64,000 nucleotides of DNA, from the NCBI GenBank assembly GCA_002269645.1, contig NIVC01001987.1, positions 1 through 64,000 on the forward strand, given 5' to 3'. The notes under the pieces were generated by a model, which saw only the letters and a list, made by a program, of their open reading frames with translations, was not told the origin of the DNA and did no database searches. This document shows positions 1 to 7,986 of the stretch, one piece after another. Origin of the DNA: Macrostomum lignano (taxonomy: Eukaryota). Both the position numbers and the translations under genes were made by a program. The first letter of the stretch is position 1. Every line of letters begins with the position of its first letter.

Positions 1-24
1 AGCATTCGTCGGTTTGGCGTCTCG

Positions 25-228
25 TCAGGGAGGGGGCCAGCCGTTTGGCCTCCTGATATACACGGGCAGCATTTGTAAAAGCGGCGTCTCCCTGTTTCGT
101 ACACTCTCCGAAGAGCGGTTTTCACCCTCATTCGCAACTAGAGTCGATGCACAGCATGAGTAATTACACTTGAACTCCACAGACGGTTTGTCTGAGCAAA
201 GCTTTGAAGTTACAGCTGCGGCACCCAT
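25..228 (-). CDS. Small Cys-cluster protein (67 aa, MG- start, CNYSCC) of the Polinton
   Basis: Complete ORF; CTATAAATAG TATA box about 40 bp upstream of the ATG on the minus strand, like the neighbouring viral genes. Confidence 0.5.
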   Translation of the reverse strand: MGAAAVTSKLCSDKPSVEFKCNYSCCASTLVANEGENRSSESVRNRETPLLQMLPVYIRRPNGWPPP

Positions 229-388
229 GATCCAAAAACAGATTATAAATCATGAAAATGATTTCTATTTATAGTTTTTTAACGTCTCGTATTTACTGCT
301 GGTTTCTGCCGCCTCTTTGGTTCGCGAAGTTGGTATGAAGCATGCCTGTAGGCATCGCTGCCACGATCTTCAAATTTTTTAACTTCAT

Positions 389-662
389 TCAGGCCACTGG
401 CTCGGTCTTTGTGGAAGTCGTTGTGGAAATCACTAGTTTCCAATTGCTTGCTCGACTAAAAATCGTCTCGATCAGGATCCGCCTGCCGACTTCTTTTTTC
501 ACACTGACTTCTTCTTGTTGGCGTCGCCCTAGTAGAGCTTTTGCAATATCTGCCTCTTCAGCCAGGGCCCAAAAAGCGGTACTATATTTTGGGCTTGGGC
601 GGTCGCGCCTTTCATTCGATGTAATCTTTTTCAGTAGATCGAAAATATTGCTTCCTGGCCAG
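389..662 (-). pseudogene. Frameshifted C-terminal part of the Polinton GSNIxDL protein
   Basis: A one-base frame change near 660 turns GKPGQEAIFSIY* into (W)PGSNIFDLLKKITSNERRDRPSPKYSTAFWALAEE..., open to a TGA at 389-391. Confidence 0.5.
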
Positions 663-1275
663 GTTTTCCATCAAATACAATTTCCCACGACTTGTTGAAC
701 TCCAAATTCGGGTATCTTTCTGTCAACATGTCCCAAACTCGTTGTTGTCGTTCAGGAAAACGATTACTCTTCTTTTGCTTGATCTGACTTAGTTTATTTT
801 GGAGTTGAGTGTTGTATTCAATGAGTTTTTCATATTCTGTTTTAGATGCAATTTCTCGGGGTGCGCCTTGACTCAGTCTATTAAATTCTTCTTCTGGCAC
901 AACAACGTATTTATTCATTTTAGCGACGAGTAGTCCACCAAACAGGCTTGATATTAGCGGTGCAGCAACAGATGCAAGGATGGGTAAAAAACCACCGACT
1001 TGAGGGTTCGAGAGAAGCATATTCTTCTTCCTATTTATAGACAATTTTGTGTCTGCCAATTCACGCAACGATCTTCTGTATCGCTTTAATCGCAGATACT
1101 GTTTCGGAGAAAGATCAATATTTCCCCGGAGTACGTTGTGACTCAATTCACAGAGACAATGAATCAGTTCCTTGCCTGCACCTCGAATAATTGCCCGCCG
1201 AAGAGTGGGACGGGCTTTGGCGAGCTCTGCGAGCTCGCCGCGACAAGAACATAGTCTGGAGATTCCGTTTGTCAT
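631..1275 (-). CDS. Polinton basic protein with adenovirus pX/mu-like GG|FLP amphipathic tail, in frame with a downstream MNKYVVVP module
   Basis: Likely ATG at 1275, behind the TATA cassette. Arg/Lys-rich body, then QVGGFLPILASVAAPLISSLFGG, resembling the adenoviral pX tail after a GG protease site. Second ATG at 918. Confidence 0.6.
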   Translation of the reverse strand: MTNGISRLCSCRGELAELAKARPTLRRAIIRGAGKELIHCLCELSHNVLRGNIDLSPKQYLRLKRYRRSLRELADTKLSINRKKNMLLSNPQVGGFLPILASVAAPLISSLFGGLLVAKMNKYVVVPEEEFNRLSQGAPREIASKTEYEKLIEYNTQLQNKLSQIKQKKSNRFPERQQRVWDMLTERYPNLEFNKSWEIVFDGKPGQEAIFSIY

Positions 1276-1287
1276 TTTGTTTAGCAC

Positions 1288-1353
1288 AAAGATGTTGGTT
1301 GCAGTGCATCGCAATTTATGCACAATATATTTATAGACAAGTTTCATAGCAGC
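1288..1353 (-). promoter_or_regulatory. TATA promoter/5'UTR cassette, copy A
   Basis: 26-nt exact match (TATTTATAGACAAGTTTCATAGCAGC) to 2107-2132, plus a further ~40 nt of similarity; contains CTATAAATA on the minus strand. Confidence 0.6.
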
Positions 1354-1776
1354 ATTACGATTGTACACCAATTTCAGTGCAGTGGTAATTGACAATAAAA
1401 TTACACAACATTTGTGACAGCACTAAAAATCCAAAAGCGACTGTGAGGAGATGTTGCTAGGTGTCGAGACGGGTACAAAACAAACAATGGAGACACGTAC
1501 CGATTGTGGAACTTCTTAAATTTTACAATGTCTGCTACGGCAGGATCTGTGTTATCAGAGGGTCATCAATCAAATATTTTGACAGTTAAAAATCGAAGCG
1601 GGGTCAATCAACCCCGCATTACTTTTGTTGCTGCGTGGTGGAACGTGCCGAGTTGGGATTTTGTTGCTTAGGGGTGTGGCGATAAAATTGCTGCTGCCGC
1701 AGGGCAATAAATCAAAAGTTTTTGACAGTGGTCAGAAGCGGTCATTTTCATTGCAGATTTGGCTCAATTTCATTCA

Positions 1777-2048
1777 GCCAGCGGGGTGCAGCACGAGTGC
1801 ATTCCGCAGGCCATCCCGAGCGTGGTTGAGCAAGTCAGGCATGGGTAAAACTACCGTGTTTGGGCGGTCCACGCCGCAGCAGCCGGAGACCACTGATGAG
1901 GTTGACACACCTGGTGTGTACTTGGAGATCTCGAACGCTGGACCCTCCTGGTGCGACTACCTCATCAGTGCTCTCCAGCTGGTGCAGCGGGGCCCGCACA
2001 AACACGGTAGTTGGTCTGTGGGATGCATTCGTGCTGCACCCCGCTGGC
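1777..2048 (-). ncRNA. Candidate long hairpin RNA (272 nt imperfect inverted repeat)
   Basis: 1777-1813 pairs with 2012-2048 (37 bp, 4 transition differences). 1849-~1914 pairs with ~1945-2011 (about 11 mismatches). 35-nt unpaired insert on one arm, ~30-nt loop. Lies directly behind TATA cassette copy B. Confidence 0.5.
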
Positions 2049-2061
2049 ATGGGTGAGCTTG

Positions 2062-2132
2062 AAAGATGTTTGTTGCAGTGTACTGCAATTTGTGCATGAT
2101 ATATTTTATTTATAGACAAGTTTCATAGCAGC
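2062..2132 (-). promoter_or_regulatory. TATA promoter/5'UTR cassette, copy B
   Basis: Paralog of 1288-1353; leads to an ATG at 2050 at the foot of the hairpin. Confidence 0.6.
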
Positions 2133-2188
2133 TTGTACGTACATACAAATTTTGTTAAAACAGTAAAGTTACGCAATAGCTATATGGA

Positions 2189-2653
2189 TTAGACATACAA
2201 AACGCTAGTCACATGATCGTACATTTGACAGAGCTCTTTAAAGTTTCGTATACCAAGGAAAACAAGGCGACCATTCTTTCCGCATAATAAACATTTAGCA
2301 TTGCGAAATGGAGACTTTATTACTATTCCATTGAAAACTTCGCACTCCCACTTCACCCATTGGGACCCTGAGTATGCAATTTGGAAAAAATTTGGCCATC
2401 TGTCTACTTCAGCGCGGTAAGTACTAGTGGTAACAACAACAGAAATTGGTTTACATTGAGGAAAAAGACGCAAAACTTGGTTGACTGAGCGACAACCGAA
2501 TACAATTGCAGACAAAGAACGCTGAAAAAAGTTTATTGTACACTTTCCTATCCTCAAATTGATAAGAGCTCTTGGCCGGCGAAATGTCCGTGCGCTCGCC
2601 CAGTCCAAGTCAGGCATGCAGCTCCATTTCGCGCAAAACACTCGTTCACGCAC
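2189..2653 (-). CDS. Polinton hypothetical protein (probable start MPDL at 2617)
   Basis: 154-codon ORF abutting the stop of the upstream gene; CLLC motif near the C-terminus; no recognised family. Confidence 0.45.
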   Translation of the reverse strand: MRERVFCAKWSCMPDLDWASARTFRRPRALINLRIGKCTINFFQRSLSAIVFGCRSVNQVLRLFPQCKPISVVVTTSTYRAEVDRWPNFFQIAYSGSQWVKWECEVFNGIVIKSPFRNAKCLLCGKNGRLVFLGIRNFKELCQMYDHVTSVLYV

Positions 2654-3422
2654 TCGACGTTCTGCAAGTAGATTTTTCGGCAGTTTTCTTTACTTTCGTA
2701 TCCTTCTTGGGGGCTTTCGGTCGCTTCTTTGATTCGTTGGCTGCTACTACTTTCGATTGATGCTGTCGCTTTCTGGCCTGATTTTTAGGCACCTTTGGCT
2801 GCTTCTCCTTGACAAGCTTTGATGGTTTTTTTGCTTTCTTGCTTACTTTCTTGGAGCCTACCTTGATTTTTGGAGGTGGCGTCCAATAGCAACGGTCGAA
2901 TGCCTGTTTGGCTTCTTCGACAAACTGTAGCTGTTGAATTTTTGGCATTGCGGTCAAAACAGCGCCTCGAATCACGGCCGTGTCGAGAGTAAACAGAATC
3001 CTGTAATAGCCGCTCTTGTTTTTGTAATCCTCTACAGGCAGTCCGTTTTGGTCGTACATTTTAAAGTCGTGAGCCAGCCCAAACGCTGCACTGTCGCCTC
3101 CAAACGCTGCACTGTCGCCTCCAAACGCTGGGTTGTAGCCCAGAAGAGCTAGACTTTCACTGGAAAGGTGCTCCGCCACAGTGTTGAAAGTGTAGGGTAT
3201 GCAGCTCTCAATGTGTTTTTGTGCAATGATGATGAATTCGCGACCTTCGTTGTCAGTACGCACACCTTTGACAATCAAAACAGGGACCGCATTGGCCAAG
3301 TAGAGAGGCCCCTGTTCGTCATATTCAATGTCAAACGTTTCAACCCCGTTGAAGCTCGGACCTCGCGGTTTGAGTGCCAGCAGCTCTCGCTTTACGCCGT
3401 TGAAGTCTTGCACTGTCTCCAT
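2646..3422 (-). CDS. Polinton protein, 258 aa, globular N-domain plus Lys-rich tail (possible nucleic-acid-binding protein)
   Basis: ATG-initiated ORF with a TATA cassette about 70 bp upstream; in-frame 21-bp duplication (FGGDSAA x2); C-terminal ~75 aa very Lys-rich. Confidence 0.65.
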   Translation of the reverse strand: METVQDFNGVKRELLALKPRGPSFNGVETFDIEYDEQGPLYLANAVPVLIVKGVRTDNEGREFIIIAQKHIESCIPYTFNTVAEHLSSESLALLGYNPAFGGDSAAFGGDSAAFGLAHDFKMYDQNGLPVEDYKNKSGYYRILFTLDTAVIRGAVLTAMPKIQQLQFVEEAKQAFDRCYWTPPPKIKVGSKKVSKKAKKPSKLVKEKQPKVPKNQARKRQHQSKVVAANESKKRPKAPKKDTKVKKTAEKSTCRTSSA

Positions 3423-3516
3423 GTCTCTTGTCTGTTTAGAAAAATTTGCAGGTACGGGAGCTTGCAGATGCTCCGGGCTGGTGCTTATATACCCGAGAGT
3501 CTCAATAAGTTTTGTT

Positions 3517-4044
3517 TTAATTACACGATAACGAGCTTTTTACGGTGTTGTCGTTGTCGAGGATTCCAGAAAAAATGAACCTTTTGTTCCTATTTTCGGG
3601 TGCTGGCGTTGGAGGCGTGCTGAAATCCTTGCTCCAAGTTGATGGTAGTTCAAGCTTTGGCGGCCTGTTTCTCTTGTGCTTTGGCAGCCAAATCTTTTGT
3701 TGCTCCTCCCACGACGGATTATACAGATCTTGATGGTTCCGAAAACGTATTTTTTGGCGATGCTCCTCACTTAGTATCGGAGCCAGTAATCTCTCCATTC
3801 GTGCTAAATCAGCTTTGAACCTCATTTTGTCCCGTAGTTGCTCATTTATCCTGGCTGCTGCGTAGTCTTGGCTGTCGTAGGGACCTTGATCAATTTCCTC
3901 GACCTTGGCATTGAAGGTGACTAATCGCTCAGAAATCGGTTTGCTGTGGCAAATGCACAACCAGTCCGCAGATTTTTTCAACGTCTTATATTCGTCTTTT
4001 TCCTCGTTCGATAATAGAGGGTAGTCTCTGGAAATCCAGCTCAT
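3517..4044 (-). CDS. Polinton hypothetical protein, 175 aa
   Basis: ATG-initiated ORF behind the second copy of the GTATATAAGC cassette; charged helical composition. Confidence 0.6.
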   Translation of the reverse strand: MSWISRDYPLLSNEEKDEYKTLKKSADWLCICHSKPISERLVTFNAKVEEIDQGPYDSQDYAAARINEQLRDKMRFKADLARMERLLAPILSEEHRQKIRFRNHQDLYNPSWEEQQKIWLPKHKRNRPPKLELPSTWSKDFSTPPTPAPENRNKRFIFSGILDNDNTVKSSLSCN

Positions 4045-4106
4045 TTCTTGTCAAACACTGCGGGATGTTATTTGAGCTTAGAAAACTGCTGAGAAGCCGA
4101 GAAAAG

Positions 4107-4317
4107 TTTGCAGGTACGGGGGCTTGGTGCTCTGGGCTGGTGCTTATATACCCGAGAGTCTCAATAAGTTTTGTTTTAATTACACGATAACAAGCTTTTT
4201 ACGGAGTTGTCGTTATCGAGGATTCCAGTAAAATGAACATTTTGTACCTATTTTTGGTACTGGCGTTGGAAGCGTGTTGAAATCCTTGCTCCAAGTTGTT
4301 GGCAGTTCATGCTTTGG
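4107..4317 (-). repeat. Dispersed duplicate of 3445-3660 (TATA promoter plus decayed 3' end of the 175-aa gene)
   Basis: 58-nt exact identity between 3475-3532 and 4134-4191; flanks are diverged and contain indels. Confidence 0.8.
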
Positions 4318-4699
4318 TAACCAAAATTGCTTGTCAAACACTGCGTTTTCCACATGATTTTTAATTGAACTTGGTGAATTTAGAAAACGGCTGAGAATCC
4401 GAATTTTCTTTATTTATGGTTTGCTGTCTGACAAAATTGACCTGGCATCTTATTAAACGAGAATATTTCATGCATAGAATTTAGTGTTTTTAGACCTTGA
4501 TGACGTGTCTGGCTATAAATTTAGCCTTGTGTCTCGACCGGGTTGTTGCGTAACCCTGCTGCAGGTAGCTATAGCGAGCCGCGCAGGGCAGAGGGGTGGA
4601 CAGCAGCGATTTACAGCGGCTGACTCATCATGCGCGCGCGCGGGGGCCGCCAATTTTGTAGGGGCAACAGAATATCTTCTTGGATGCTAATTCTGCGCG

Positions 4700-5592
4700 T
4701 ACAGTTATGGGGTGGGTGGGCGCGCTACAATTCTGCCAATTTTGGATGTATATATGGACAGTAAATATGGACAGTTATGGGGTGGGTGGGCGCGCTACAA
4801 TTCTGCCAATTTTGGATGTATATATAGACAGTAAATATGGACAGTTATGGGGTGGGTGGGCGCGCTACAATTCTGCCAATTTTGGATGTATATATGGACA
4901 GTAAATATGGATAGTTATGGGATGGGTGGGTGCTACAATTCTGCCAATTTTGGGTGCATATATGGACAGTAAATATGGATAGTTATGGGGTGGGTGGGTG
5001 CTACAATTCTGCCAATTTTGGGTGCATATATGGACAGTAAATATGCATAGTTATGGGGTGGGTGGGTGCTACAATTCTGCCAATTTTGGGTGTATATATG
5101 GACAAGTAATATGGACAGTTATGGGGTGGGTGGGCGCTACCATTCTGCCAATTTTGGTATATGGACAGTTAATATGGACAGTTATGGGGTGGGTGGGCGC
5201 GCTACAATTCTGCCAATTTTGGATGTATATATGGACAGTAAATATGGACAGTTATGGGGTGGGTGGGCGCGCTACAATTCTGCCAATTTTGGATGTATAT
5301 ATAGACAGTAAATATGGACAGTTATGGGGTGGGTGGGCGCTACAATTCTGCCAATTTTGGATGTATATATGGACAGTAAATATGGACAGTTATGGGGTGG
5401 GTGGGTGCTACAATTCTGCCAATTTTGGGTGCATATATGGACAGTAAATATGGATAGTTATGGGGTGGGTGGGTGCTACAATTCTGCCAATTTTGGGTGC
5501 ATATATGGACAAGTAATATAGACAGTTATGGGGTGGGTGGGCGCTACCATTCTGCCAATTTTGGTATATGGACAGTTAATATGGACAGTTAA
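4700..5592. repeat. 70-bp tandem array (~13 units) in the presumed Polinton TIR
   Basis: Unit GGACAGTTATGGGGTGGGTGGGCGCGCTACAATTCTGCCAATTTTGGATGTATATATGGACAGTAAATAT recurs at ~70-bp period. Confidence 0.9.
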
Positions 5593-5670
5593 TTCTGCGT
5601 ACACCAATGCTGCGGGGTTGGGCGCGCTTCTGCGTACAACAACGGCGGAGCGCTAATTATGCGTACTACT
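5593..5670 (-). promoter_or_regulatory. Polinton terminus / putative protein-primed replication origin
   Basis: Three TGCGTAC motifs in the last 80 bp, ending in TACTACT; followed by GGTCCT (candidate 6-bp TSD). Confidence 0.55.
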
Positions 5671-5858
5671 GGTCCTCGCTTCTGTACGACACAGTGTACA
5701 CTGATTACATGTACAATTAGATTTACATGAGAGTTACATGCATATCTCACATAATGACTCTGGACCAATTAGAAGAGGTCTAGTGCATTTAGATAGGCGC
5801 TGAATTTGCATTGGCTCTGACACCCACCTCACCTCCAAAACCCTGCTCTAACTGCACA

Positions 5859-6775
5859 TTACGTAGTAATGTAGAGAGGTGACTCGCCAGTGTTTCGTTG
5901 ATGATTGACGTCAGCTTGTGCTTTGATGAGAGAGGTCACAACTCGGAGGTGACCATTCTCTGAGGCAATGTTGAGAGGTGAGTAGCCATTGACTTCTTGA
6001 AGATTGACGTCAGCTTGTGCTTTGATGAGTGAGTTTACAACTTGGTGGTGACCATTCTGTGATGCAATGTAGAGAGGTATCTCACCAGTGTTTCGTTGAA
6101 GATTAACATCAGCTTGTGCTTTGATGAGTGAGTTCACAACTTGGTGGTGACCATTCTGTGATGCAATTAATGTACAGAGGTGAGCAGCCATCGTCTTCTT
6201 GAAGGCTGACGTCAGCTTGTACTTTGATGAGTGAGTTCACAACTTGATGGAGACCATTCTCAGATGCAATGTAGAGAGGTGACTCGCCAGTGTTTATTTG
6301 TTGATTGATGTCAGCTTGTGCTTTAATGAGTAAGTTCACAACTTGGTGGTGACCATTCTGTGTTGCAATGTAGAGAGGTGAACCGCCTTGGATTTGTTGA
6401 AGATTGACGTCAGCTTGTGCTTTGATGAGTGAGGTCACAACTTGATGATGACCAAAAAGTGATGCAATGTAGAGAGGTGTCTCGCCAGTATTTCGTTGAA
6501 GATTGACGTCAGCTTGGGCTTGAATGAAGATCCCAACAATTTTTACTTTTCCCAATTCACATGCAAAATGAAGCGGTGACATTGATGCTGATGAGCCTAT
6601 CAACGTTAGAAGCTTTCTGCAGGTATCGTGAAATTTTTGTTGCATTTTCGAACATAATGGCTTCCAGGATCTCTTGTTCAGTCACATCGAGGCTCTCGCT
6701 TTGGCTTTCGGACCTGCCGATGGTCTGCATTAGAACTGCTGCAATCGCTGTCAGGGTTCTTAAAAGAGCTTCCAT
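5859..6775 (-). pseudogene. Intronless ankyrin-repeat gene (7 full + 1 truncated repeat) with signal-peptide-like N-terminus, two frameshifts
   Basis: 99-bp repeats encoding G.(S/T)PLYIAS.NGHHQVV..LIKAQADVN. Frame breaks near 6575 and at a 4-bp insertion near 6168. Starts MEALLRTLTAIAAVLMQTIG. Confidence 0.8.
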
Positions 6776-7660
6776 TTTGACGCGGTATCGGTGCTGCGAA
6801 ATGCACAGAGCGCCGCTTTTTGCTGGTATTTATCTATTTTTGCTCATTTGCGTCACAATTGTCTACCATTGGCAGCGCTGCCACGGGCCAATTGAAATGA
6901 ATGAGGCTTGTGTCGGTTTATCTGTTTATTTATCTGTCTATAGTGTCACAGACATACAGTCAGCCTGACGCTAGTTACCGCCTTATTTAGGAGGGCTGTT
7001 CGCAAAGAAGCTGTTGTATGCAGCTTACACGCACGAGCAAAAATATTTTGGATCACAAGAGTAAGAATATTTTTTTTTATTATAGGCAGGGGGTTGTGTG
7101 CACCCTGGCGCACTTTAAGCGACATAGGCACACAACCGGCGAGAGGCATTACTGCCCGACTGCCCGACTCCCCTGAGCAGGCATACAAGCGCGCACGAGT
7201 AAGAATATAAGAATATATAAAATAATATTTGCAATTGCATGCGTACCGACAAATGTATGCTGCTCGTACACACACTATCTATTTAATATACACGCAGCTG
7301 TACGTACGAGTCATTTATCAGTTAGTTTGTACTCGTATACGATCACGGCTTGTATCTAAATTGTGCATTTCAATATTTCGTAAATGCACTTTCTTGAAAA
7401 TGCACTGTCCATAAAGCTCTCTATACATTCTCGAAATTCTATCTTCTCGAAATTCCACTTTCTTGAAACGTCAATTTCTTGAAAACCAAAATCATCAGTC
7501 CATTTTGCTTTCTCGAACATATTCGAAGTCAAACTCTAATACGCAACAAGTGCCTTTAGTTGATTTTGAAATTGCGAGCACATGTCATACATTACAGCGT
7601 ATGAATTTATGAGATACATATGGCATGAATACATTTACATGTAGTTACGACTGTATGGCC

Positions 7661-7986
<326 letters not shown>

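Larger units (their letters stand above)
1..5670. mobile_element. Right-hand terminal portion of a Polinton/Maverick (adintovirus-like) endogenous DNA element
   Basis: Ends ...TAATTATGCGTACTACT at 5670 (reads AGTAGTACGC on the minus strand, the AGT-repeat terminus typical of Polintons). Subterminal tandem array. Compact intronless minus-strand ORFs with TATA boxes. A GGFLP amphipathic-helix gene followed by a GSNIxDL gene, a pair I recognise from Polintons. Core genes (pPolB, integrase, ATPase, capsids) are not in the window. Confidence 0.75.

Noticed and set aside
4680-5592. CRISPR-like interpretation of the 70-bp and 72-bp arrays
   Set aside because: Units are contiguous with no unique spacers, the context is eukaryotic, and there are no cas genes.
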